A stretch of 64,000 nt of DNA from Macrostomum hystrix (lineage: Eukaryota > Animalia > Platyhelminthes): the NCBI GenBank assembly GCA_950097015.1, contig CATNEN010000007.1, positions 10,664,001 through 10,728,000 of the forward strand, read 5' to 3'. Shown here one piece after another: positions 12,422 to 24,400 of the stretch (position 1 is the first letter of the stretch; each line of letters starts with the position of its first letter). A program made the translations under genes and the position numbers. Under the pieces are notes generated by a model. It was not told where the DNA came from. It was given only the letters and a program-made list of their open reading frames with translations, and made no database searches.

Positions 12422-15400
12422 TCAGATGTCGACTCGCAGAGTCCTGCCGGGGAAGTCGGGTGAGAGGCGCTGCCCACACTGGAACCTGGCTGTGGAGCCT
12501 CGGGACGCGTCAAGCACCTCCACCTGTGGGAATTTGATTCAGATGAGGGATTTTAGGCAGAGGGATTCGAGTGATGATGGGATTTGAGTGAGGATGGGAT
12601 TTGAGTGAGGATGGGGATTCAAGAAAGGCTGGGGATTCGAGAGAGGATGGGGATTCGAGTGGGGATGGGATTTGAGTGAGGATGGGGATTCAAGAGAGGA
12701 TGGGGATTCAAGAAAGGCTGGGGATTCGAGAGAGGATGGGGATTCGAGTGGGGATGGGATTTGAGTGAGGATGGGATTCGAGTGAGGATGGGATTTGAGT
12801 GAGGATGGGGATTCGAGTGAGGATGGGATTTGAGTGAGGATGGGATTTGAGTGAGGATGGGGATTCGAGTGAGGATGGGGATTCGAGTGAGGATGGGATT
12901 TGAGTGAGGATGGGGATTCGAGTGAGGATGGGATTTGAGTGAGGATGGGATTTGAGTGAGGATGGGGATTCGAGTGAGGATGGGGATTTGAGTGAGGATG
13001 GGATTTGAGTGAGGATGGGGATTCGAGTGAGGATGGGATTCGAGTGAGGATGGGATTTGAGTGAGGATGGGGATTCGAGTGAGGATGGGATTTGAGTAAG
13101 GATGGGATTTCAGTGAGGATGGGATTTGAGAGAATGGGGATTCAAGAGAGTTGGGATTCGAGTGAGGATGGGATTTGAGTGAGGATGGGATTTCAGTGAG
13201 GATGGGGACTTGAGATTTGGTAATCGGTAATACTAAAGAGGATGGGAATCTGAGAGAATGGGGATTCAAGAGAGTTGGGATTCGAGTGAGGATGGGATTT
13301 CAGTGAGGATGGGATTTCAGTGAGGATGGGGACTTGAGATTTGGTAATCGGTAATACTAAAGAGGATGGGAATCTGAGAGAATGGGGATTCAAGAGAGTT
13401 GGGATTCAAGAGAGTTGGGATTCAAGAGAGTTGGGATTCGAGTGAGGATGGGATTCAAGTGAGGAAGGGATTCGAGTGAGGATGGGGATTCGAGTGAGGA
13501 TGGGGATTCGAGTGAGGATGGGGATTCGAGTGAGGATGGGGATTCGAGTGAGGATGGGGATTCGAGTGAGGATGGGGATTTGAGTGAGGATGGGGATTCG
13601 AGTGAGGATGGGGATTCGAGTGAGGATGGGATTTGAGTGAGGATGGGGATTCGAGTGAGGATGGGGATTCGAGTGAGGATGGGGATTCGAGTGAGGATGG
13701 GGATTCGAGTGAGGATGGGGATTTGAGTGAGGATGGGGATTCGAGTGAGGATGGGATTCGAGTGAGGATGGGATTTGAGTGAGGATGGGGATTCGAGTGA
13801 GGATGGGATTTGAGTGAGGATGGGATTTGAGTGAGGATGGGGATTCGAGTGAGGATGGGGATTCGAGTGAGGATGGGATTTGAGTGAGGATGGGGATTCG
13901 AGTGAGGATGGGATTTGAGTGAGGATGGGATTTGAGTGAGGATGGGGATTCGAGTGAGGATGGGGATTTGAGTGAGGATGGGATTTGAGTGAGGATGGGG
14001 ATTCGAGTGAGGATGGGATTCGAGTGAGGATGGGATTTGAGTGAGGATGGGGATTCGAGTGAGGATGGGATTTGAGTAAGGATGGGATTTCAGTGAGGAT
14101 GGGATTTGAGAGAATGGGGATTCAAGAGAGTTGGGATTCGAGTGAGGATGGGATTTGAGTGAGGATGGGATTTCAGTGAGGATGGGGACTTGAGATTTGG
14201 TAATCGGTAATACTAAAGAGGATGGGAATCTGAGAGAATGGGGATTCAAGAGAGTTGGGATTCGAGTGAGGATGGGATTTCAGTGAGGATGGGATTTCAG
14301 TGAGGATGGGGACTTGAGATTTGGTAATCGGTAATACTAAAGAGGATGGGAATCTGAGAGAATGGGGATTCAAGAGAGTTGGGATTCAAGAGAGTTGGGA
14401 TTCAAGAGAGTTGGGATTCGAGTGAGGATGGGATTCAAGTGAGGAAGGGATTCGAGTGAGGATGGGGATTCGAGTGAGGATGGGGATTCGAGTGAGGATG
14501 GGGATTCGAGTGAGGATGGGGATTCGAGTGAGGATGGGGATTCGAGTGAGGATGGGGATTTGAGTGAGGATGGGGATTCGAGTGAGGATGGGGATTCGAG
14601 TGAGGATGGGATTTGAGTGAGGATGGGGATTCGAGTGAGGATGGGGATTCGAGTGAGGATGGGGATTCGAGTGAGGATGGGGATTCGAGTGAGGATGCTG
14701 GCACTACTTAGCTCCAGTAACAGCAAGTCAGCAGTGTAACTAGCGTGGAAATGCAGTGCTTTGCAGCGCTTAATAAGTAAAATTTTTTCGCCTCAGAAAC
14801 TGATAGCGGCCTGCCGCTCACAAACAGAATAATGGCATCGACTGTGCTCACAGAATTCCATTATTCATCAGGACTCAGGGGTTGAATATGCGGCTTTATC
14901 TGCAAATGCATTTTCCTCAGGGAGCTTTTAGAAGCCAGTCAGAGTGGCTCTCCAGGGTGACTGGACATTGTCCGCCGGATAAGGTAAGGATGAAAAAAGG
15001 ACTAAAAGAGAAATAAAATGAACTCCATTAAAATTTTAAGGCTTTTTTCCTGCAAAGAAATTTCTACAGGAAAAACTAACGAAACACAGCAGCTCGGGAA
15101 TAGAGAGATTCGGGAATCGGGAGATTCGGGAATCGGGAGATTCGGGAATTGGGAGATTCGGGAATTGGGAGATTCGGGAATTGGGAGATTCGGGAATTGG
15201 GAGATTCGGGAATTGGGAGATTCGGGAATTGGGAGATTCGGGAATCGGGAGATTCGGGAATTGGGAGATTCGGGAATTGGGAGATTCGGGAATTGGGAGA
15301 TTCGGGAATCGGGAGATTCGGGAATCGGGAGATTCGGGAATCGGGAGATTCGGGAATTGGGAGTTTCGGGAATTGAGAGATTCGGGAATTGGGCGATTCG

Positions 15401-18400
15401 GAAATTCTGAGAATTCGTTAATTGGTTTAATTAAGTCAAGAATGTACTCGGACTTCACATTCGCATGATCAATGTGCATAGTTTTGTGCAGCAAAATACT
15501 TTTTATCCTACATGCTGACCTGGGGCAGACGCGCCTTAAATGCCTCACGCAGGCTGCATTGCTGAAAACTTTTGCTTTCCAGCTGAAAGCGGAAAGGGCA
15601 AGACAATGCGGGCATTGCGCAGTCAGGAAGCCATCGCCATTCCCGAGCCAGTACCGCCGGTCGGGACGCAGGGGATCCCGGATTAGCGGGAAGGGTTGAA
15701 ACTCGCTTGCGGATGGCACAGAACTGCTGTGCTTTGCAGGACAAAACCGGCTCGTCCCCCAGCCATTGTCCCCGCCAGCTCCCACCCCTCCAGCTGTGTG
15801 AGCAGGCTGAGCAGGAAATTAATTCTCAATGGCTCGGGTCCCGGAATCCGCTGTCAGGCGGCACTGGCGGCGGAACCGGAGCGAGGACGAAAAGAAACTT
15901 TTTCTGGTGCCGGGCCTTCTAGCTGGCCCCACCCCAGCCCAACACCAGGTCAGGGCGGCACCGAACAATGGGGACATTGGGGACAGCCGCCTGTGAGCTG
16001 ATGCAGGAGAAGCTGCGGGTCGAGCGCCTGAATGACAGAGAGGCCCCGTGTGTGTTTGGGAGTGGGGGGCTAGCTCCAGTGAGCAGTGAGTTGCAGGCGT
16101 GAGCACTGCCGCTAGAAGAATGCTCAGCATTTCACTATTCTATATCTGGGTACAATGCCAGGCTGTGTTTACCAACATTAAACAATGGACGAAGCGGATG
16201 GCTTTGCCAACAAGGCGCGCGAACAGGACATTGGGGCGGGCTGCTTCGAGCGCCTCACATGCCCCCTCTGGCAACGGGTTCGGACACCTAAAACTGAAGT
16301 CTGCCAGTAGACAGGGCGGCTGGAAACTATGAATTAACAGTTTCACAGACGTAGAGAACAAACCAGCTGACACACAGCATTTATTTCTGTTTGATTCATC
16401 AATAAGCATTGTTGCACTAACAAAAGGAGGGGGTCGGTGGCAGAGCGGTTAACGCGTTCGCCTCTCGCACCAAGGTACCTAAGTTCGATTCCACGGCGAG
16501 GCCACATTAATTTGGGGCGCAGCCGCGGCGAGAAGGCTTGGGGGCTTGTCGTGCAAATTACGCCCTTGAGGGCCAACCTCCAAGGCACAGTGAAGTGCGC
16601 ACTGCCTGACGATGCCAAGGGGCAAAATAAGGGAGCATTTCTACCGTCAAGGCAAGGAGCTCTGCATGGAGTTTGTATCTGGACTCGAAGCTCAACAATT
16701 TTCTAATTTATTTTGCACAGACTCGCGAGCCATAAACTGTGCCCGCTGGCCCTGATGTGAAACCAGACAGGCTGCACCCTTGCAAGGCTGCAATCAATTC
16801 ATCCCAAACAGCCATTCACACTGACAGCCCAGATCTGCCCTGATGAGCGGACACTCAGTGTCACACAATGCCCCATCTGCCACCCTGCTCACCCTGTCCA
16901 GCATCCAGCTCACTCCAGCTGCGTCCGCGGCGCCTTCTTCAGCATCCTCCGGTTCCTCCACTGTGCACTCGGCTTCCTCCGAGCTGCCCTGCTCAGCGAT
17001 TCGAACCCGCAGCTTCAGAAGACGACCAAGGTCCGGAATTGAGACCAGGAATTCCTCTGTGCTGCAAGGTTTGGCTGTGATTTGAGCTCACCTGTGCATT
17101 CCCCATTGACCCTACCTGTGCCTCCCCCACTTACCCTACCTGTGTCTCCCCCACTTACCCTACCTGTGTCTCCCCCACTTACACTACCTGTGTCTCCCCC
17201 ACTTACACTACCTGTGTCTCCCCCACTTACCCTACCTGTGTCTCCCCACTTACCCTACCTGTGTCTCCCCCACTTACCCTACCTGTGTCTCCCCCACTTA
17301 CACTACCTGTGTCTCCCCCACTTACCCTACCTGTGTCTCCCCACTTACACTACCTGTGTCTCCCCACTTACACTACCTGTGTCTCCCCACTTACCCTACC
17401 TGTGTCTCCCCCACTTACCCTACCTGTGTCTCCCCCACTTACCCTACCTGTGTCTCCCCACTTACACTACCTGTGTCTCCCCACTTACACTACCTGTGTC
17501 TCCCCCACTTACCCTACCTGTGTCTCCCCCACTTACCCTACCTGTGTCTCCCCTTTTGCTTTTTTCTCACCTGCCCGGCAGGAAGCAGCTGCTCTCGCTT
17601 GGACACTGGAAAATTATTTCTCCGGACTGGCTCCGCTCGCCGACCAGGTTGACCCGAACCGACCTGGGCCATTGACTCCCTTCCTGGACAGTTTCAAGAG
17701 CTTCGTTGTCGGAGGTCGCTGGTTCGACTCTTGGTTGGGCTGTTACAAATCTTACTTTATAGTTGACGATGCCTGAAATGCGTGGCGGTGACTTTGCTCT
17801 GATCTCTTACTGATTGCCTGTCAAAAAGTGGGACTTGAGTTTTACTCACCGCCATCCGAGTGCGCCGGTCCATCAGTTCCAGGACCTCCGTCCAGCTGAT
17901 TGCCTGTGGCTGCGGCCTCTGCTGGGAGATAAACAAGAGGTCTCAGATGGGCTGCAGGCTTGGCTAATACAGCCACGCGATAGCAACAATCTGCTCTGAA
18001 ACTGCAAACACTTGAGCAGCAGGAGGACCAAGTTGAGTAGGGCCAGTTCTGACTGGAGCTGAGCACTAGCTGAGAACCCACTCAAAAGGACTCGACCCGT
18101 TTCAGGTTCTCAGGCGGTTGCGAAACAATGGGAATTGGGAAGAGGAAAATATAATGGGAGAGAATCCCTGCTAAAAAAGATTGCAGACGATTTAGGAATA
18201 CTCTGGAACCATATAAGATGAGATGGGATCAGATAAGATGGGATGGGATCAGATAAGATGGGATGGGATCAGATAAGATGGGATGGGATCAGATAAGATG
18301 GGATGGGATCAGATAAGATAGGATGGGATCAGATAAGATGAGATGGGATCAGAAAAGATGAGAGGGGATCAGAAAAGATGAGATGGGATCAGAAAAGATG

Positions 18401-21400
18401 AGATAGGATCAGAAAAGATGAGATGGGATCAGAAAAGATGAGATAGGATCAGATAAGATGAGATGGGATCAGATAAGATGAGATGGGATCAGATAAGATG
18501 GGATGGGATCATAAAAACAGAGATGGGATCAGATAAGATGAGATGGGATCAGATAAGATAGGATGGGATCAGATAAGATAGGATGGGATCAGATTAGATA
18601 AGATGGGATCAGGTAAGATGGGATGGGATCAGATAAGATGGGATGGGATCATAAAAGATGAGATGGGATCAGAAAAGATGAGATGGGATCAGAAAAGATG
18701 AGATGGGATCAGATAAGATGAGATGGGATCAGATAAGATAGGATGGGATCAGATTAGATAAGATGGGATCAGATAAGATGGGATGGGATCAGATAAGATA
18801 AGATGGGATCAGATAAGATGGGATGGGATCATAAAAGATGAGATGGGATCAGAAAAGATGAGATGGGATCAGAAAAGATGAGATGGGATCAGATAAGATG
18901 AGATGGGATCAGATAAGATGGGATGGAATCAGAAAAGATGAGATGGGATCAGATAAGATGAGATGGGATCAGAAAAGATGGGATGGGATCAGATAAGATG
19001 AGATGGGATCAGAAAAGATGGGATGCGATCAGATAAGATGAGATGGGATCAGATAAGAGGAGATGGGATCAGAAAAGATGGGATGGGATCAGATAAGATA
19101 AGATGGGATCAGATAAGATGAGGATGGGATGATTCTCACCATCGCTGGTGTCCAGTTGCTCGGCCGAATAGCCAAAGCCATGGAGATTTCGAATCTCTGC
19201 AAGTGTGGGATTTGAAAGCATTGGCAGGTGTGCAGGTGTCCCTCATGACAATCATAAAAGGTAAGCACTACTGAATGGGCTCCGCACCTTCCAGTTGCAG
19301 GATGGCCAGGGCGGCTGCGATGCCCTCCTCGAACTCCTGCTCATCGTCCGACAGCACTGTGGACTCACCGTCTGCTCAATTTTAGGGGTTTAAGGAGAAA
19401 GCTGGCCTCACTGTTCCTAGAAATCGAGAACAAAGACTTGCGTGCACCTACCACCGAGAGACTGAAACTCATCGGGTGTGTCCTGAATAGCAATGTTTAC
19501 TGTGGGCTCCTGCTGCAGCTGCGGCGTTTGGGGCTGCTGCTGCTGCTGCTGTTGTTGCTGAAGCTGCGAATGCTGCTCATGCTGTACCTGGAACTGACGC
19601 TCCTGCTGCTGCTGAAGTTCTCGCTGCTGTGGTGGCTGCTGTTGTGGCTGCTGTTGTGGCTGCTGTTGTGGCTGCTGTTGTGGCTGCTGTTGTGGCTGCT
19701 GTTGTGGCTGCTGTTGTGGCTGCTGTGATGGCTGCTGTTGTGGCTGCTGTTGTGGCTGCTGTTGTGGCTGCTGTGGTGGCTGTTGTTGTGGCTGTTGTTG
19801 TGGCTGCTGTTGTGGCTGCTGTTGTGGCTGCTGTTGTGGCTGCTGTGATGGCTGCTGTTGTGGCTGCTGTGGTGGCTGTTGTTGTGGCTGCTGTTGTGGC
19901 TGCTGTGGTGGCTGTTGTTGTGGCTGTTGTTGTGGCTGCTGTTGTGGCTGCTGTTGTGGCTGCTGTTGTGGCTGCTGTTGTGGCTTCTGTTGTGGCTGCT
20001 GTTGTGGCTGCTGTTGTGGCTGCTGTTGTGGCTGCTGTTGTGGCTGCTGTGATGGCTGCTGTTGTGGCTGCTGTGGTGGCTGTTGTTGTGGCTGCTGTGG
20101 TGGCTGTTGTTGTGGCTGCTGTTGTGGCTGCTGTTGTGGCTGCTGTGATGGCTGCTGTTGTGGCTGCTGTGGTGGCTGTTGTTGTGGCTGTTGTTGTGGC
20201 TGCTGTTGTGGCTGCTGTGATGGCTGCTGTTTTGGCTGCTGTGGTGGCTGTTGTTGTGGCTGTTGTTGTGGCTGCTGTTGTGGCTGCTGTGATGGCTGCT
20301 GTGGTGGCTGCTGTTGTGGCTGCTGTGATGGCTGCTGTTGTGGCTGCTGTGGTGGCTGTTGTTGTGGCTGTTGTTGTGGCTGCTGTGGTGGCTGCTGTTG
20401 TGGCTGCTGTTGTGGCTGCTGTGGTGGCTGCTGTGATGGCTGCTGTTGTGGCTGCTGTGGTGGCTGCTGTTGTGGCTGCTGTTGTGGCTGCTGTGATGGC
20501 TGCTGTGGTGGCTGCTGTGGTGGCTGCTGCTGTTGTGGCTGCTGTGATGGCTGCTGTGGTGGCTGCTGTGATGGCTGCTGTGGTGGCTGCTGTGATGGCT
20601 GCTGTTGTGGCTGCTGTGGTGGCTGCTGTTGTGGCTGCTGTGATGGCTGCTGTTGTGGCTGCTGTGATGGCTGCTGTTGTGGCTGCTGTGGTGGCTGTTG
20701 TTGTGGCTGTTGTTGTGGCTGCTGTTGTGGCTGCTGTGATGGCTGCTGTTTTGGCTGCTGTGGTGGCTGTTGTTGTGGCTGTTGTTGTGGCTGCTGTGGT
20801 GGCTGCTGTGATGGCTGCTGTGGTGGCTGCTGTTGTGGCTGCTGTTGTGGCTGCTGTGATGGCTGCTGTGGTGGCTGCTGTTGTGGCTGCTGTGATGGCT
20901 GCTGTTGTGGCTGCTGTGATGGCTGCTGTTTTGGCTGCTGTGGTGGCTGTTGTTGTGGCTGTTGTTGTGGCTGCTGTTGTGGCTGCTGTTGTGGCTGTTG
21001 TGATGGCTGCTGTGGTGGCTGTTGTTGTGGCTGTTGTTGTGGCTGCTGTGGTGGCTGCTGTGATGGCTGCTGTGGTGGCTGCTGTTGTGGCTGCTGTTGT
21101 GGCTGCTGTGATGGCTGCTGTGGTGGCTGCTGTTGTGGCTGCTGTGATGGCTGCTGTTGTGGCTGCTGTGGTGGCTGTTGTTGTGGCTGTTGTTGTGGCT
21201 GCTGTGGTGGCTGCTGTTGTGGCTGCTGTTGTGGCTGCTGTGGTGGCTGCTGTTGTGGCTGCTGTTGTGGCTGCTGTGATGGCTGCTGTGGTGGCTGCTG
21301 TGGTGGCTGCTGCTGTTGTGGCTGCTGTGATGGCTGCTGTGGTGGCTGCTGTGATGGCTGCTGTGGTGGCTGCTGTGATGGCTGCTGTTGTGGCTGCTGT

Positions 21401-24400
21401 GGTGGCTGCTGTTGTGGCTGCTGTGATGGCTGCTGTTGTGGCTGCTGTGATGGCTGCTGTGGTGGCTGCTGTTGTGGCTGCTGTGATGGCTGCTGTGGTG
21501 GCTGCTGTGGTGGCTGCTGTGGTGGCTGCTGCTGTTGTGGCTGCTGTGGTGGCTGCTGTTGTGGCTGCTGTGATGGCTGCTGTGGTGGCTGCTGTGGTGG
21601 CTGCTGCTGTTGTGGCTGCTGTTGTGGCTGCTGTGATGGCTGCTGTGGTGGCTGCTGTGGTGGCTGCTGTGGCAGCTGCTTTTGTAGCACAAGCTGTAAG
21701 TGAAGTTGCTGCTGAGTGAGTTGCTCTTCTTCTTGTTGCGGCTGCTCGCTCAGATTCAGCCCTGGTAGGTGAGGCCGGTGCACTTGATGCTGCCGCTGCT
21801 GTTGCTGGCCGTGCTCCAGGTGAAGCTTTGCCTGAAGTCGATTGTCCGCAGTGGAGTTGCTCTAAAATTGTGCGCTAGTCTGCGTAATAAATTTATGAGC
21901 AGTGAGTGTTTGAGCAGTGAATGTGTGAGCAGTGAGTGTTTGAGCAGTGAATGTGTGAGCAGTGAATGTGTGAGCAGTGAATGTGTGAGCAGTGAGTGTT
22001 TGAGCAGTGAATGTGTGAGCAGTGAATGTGTGAGCAGTGAATGTGTGAGCAGTGAGTGTTTGAGCAGTGAATGTGTGAGCAGTGAATGTGTGAGCAGTGA
22101 ATGTGTGAGCAGTGAGTGTTTGAGCAGTGAATGTGTGAGCAGTGAATGTGTGAGTGAATGTGTGAGCAGTGAATGTGTGAGTGAAGTATGAGCAGTAGTT
22201 CGTGAATCACCTGCTCAAGAGCCGCTTTCGGTTGCTGAGTCGGTGCCTCCGGAGACTGGGAGCGGCTGGAGGTCCCGGACGCCATCGAGTCCGAGTCTGC
22301 AGTGAAGGCGATGGCGGATTTGGGCGGCCCAGAATGAGGTCGGCAAAGGTCTTGGGATCACTTTTACAACCCGTGACTGAGCATAAATATTTCCCTATTC
22401 TCCCGAGGGATTAACGCGAACGCTGAGTGGGATCTGGTCACGATCTGGGATCTCGGCTACTTTGACCGCTACAGCACCGCGAGCTGCTGTGATTTACAAT
22501 GTCCCAGCCTGCTTCGCTGACTGCGAGAATCGAACCAGGTGCAAATTGCTGCGCTAATTATGGCTTAAGTTTTGGATCTGACTGCAACTGAGGCCGAAGA
22601 GAGACGGAATTGCTCGGATTGCACTTTTTCTAGCCTCCTCACCATTGTGACTCGGCTCGTATTAACATGCCAGCAATTGTCACCACAGCAAATCACATAC
22701 TCACATCCTCATCCCAACCCTCATCCCAATCCTCATCCCAACCCTCATCCCAATCCTCATCCCAACCCTCATCCCAACCCTCATCCCAACCCTCATCCCA
22801 ATCCTCATCCCAACCCTCATCCCAATCCTCATCCCAACCCTCATCCCAACCCTCATCCCAATCCTCATCCCAACCGTCATCCCAACCCTCATCCCAACCC
22901 TCATCCCAACCCTCATCCCAACCCTCATCCCAACCCTCATCCCAATCCTCATCCCAACCCTCATCCCAACCCTCATCCCAACACTCATCCCAACCCTCAT
23001 CCCAATCCTCATCCCAACCCTCATCCCAATCCTCATCCCAACCCTCATCCCAATCCTCATCCCAACCCTCATCCCAACCCTCATCCCAACACTCATCCCA
23101 ACCCTCATCCCAATCCTCATCCCAACCCTCATCCCAATCCTCATCCCAACCCTCATCCCAATCCTCATCCCAACCCTCATCCCAACCCTCATCCCAACCC
23201 TCATCCCAACCCTCATCCCAACCCTCATCCCAATCCTCATCCCAACCCTCATCCCAACCCTCATCCCAACCCTCATCCCAACCCTCATCCCAACCCTCAT
23301 CCCAACCCTCATCCCAACCCTCATCCCAACCCTCATCCCAACCCTCATCCCAACCCTCATCCCAACCCTCATCCCAATCCTCATCCCAATCCTCATCCCA
23401 ATCCTCATCCCAACCCTCATCCCAACCCTCATCCCAACCCTCATCCCAACCCTCATCCCAATCCTCATCCCAATCCTCATCCCAATCCTCATCCCAACCC
23501 TCATCCCAATCCTCATCCCAATCCTCATCCAACCCTCATCCCAATCCTCATCCCAACCCTCATCCCAATCCTCATCCCAACCCTCGGATAGCCGCTGAGT
23601 GATTCAGCCCGAGTACAAATGATAGTACGCATGATTATCACTAATTCTCCTGCTGCAAGGTCAGAAATAAAAGTCAGGAAACGGGAGCTGAAGTTTTGGC
23701 AGTGGCTCCGCTGAAAGCCACCGGTGCGGCCAGTCTCCGTCCATGCGGCTTCATAATTTCCCGTTTCCGTCCCGCTTGTCGCATTTGGGAGAAAACATTG
23801 CGCCTGGCAACTCCGCGAGCGAGAGAGGCTGAAGATGGCAGACGCGAAAGAAGAGAAGCGCAGCGGGGGGGGCGCGGACCCCTGGCTCCCAGGGGGGGGG
23901 GGCGGAGAGGGCTGCCAATGCTGACGACACGAAGGCATTAGCAAACGATGAGAAGCTGGGGGAAATGAAAATTTTATGAGTCCAGGAGGGTGGGGCGGAG
24001 GCGGGCATTGCAGCAGATGGCCCCCCGCCTCCCGTCTGCCAGCATCTCCGCCTGCTGCATCGACAGGCTAAGGGCGCTTATCAGTGCCAACTTGCTCAGC
24101 TGACTTCAATGGAGTGGGTGAATCTCTCAGTGGAGTGGGTGAATCACTCAATGGAGTGGGTGAATCTCTCAGTGGAGTTGGTGAATCTCTCAGTGGAGTG
24201 GGTGAATCTCACAGTCGAGTGGGTGAATCTCTCAGTGGAGTGGGTGAATCTCACAGTCGAGTGGGTGAATCTCTCAGTGGAGTGGGTGAATCTCTCAGTG
24301 GAGTGGGTGAATCTCTCAGTGGAGTGGGTGAATCTCTCAGTGGAGTGGGTGAATCACTCAATGGAGTGGGTGAATCTCTCAGTGGAGTGGGTGAATCTCT

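Noticed and set aside
15518-16000. Extra exon in the last ERICH3-like intron
   Set aside because: GC-rich with a donor-like site, but the PLAT domain is complete without it and no frame is recognisable.
16429-16500. Functional tRNA gene
   Set aside because: Has A/B boxes but no complete cloverleaf; continues into a shared non-tRNA body in three divergent copies.
19497-21719. His/Ser, Thr/Ala mucin-like or Val/Ala (+ strand) readings of the 12-bp array
   Set aside because: Only the Gln/Pro frame joins both neighbouring exons in phase; the other minus frames stop before the donor, and the plus frame has no gene context.
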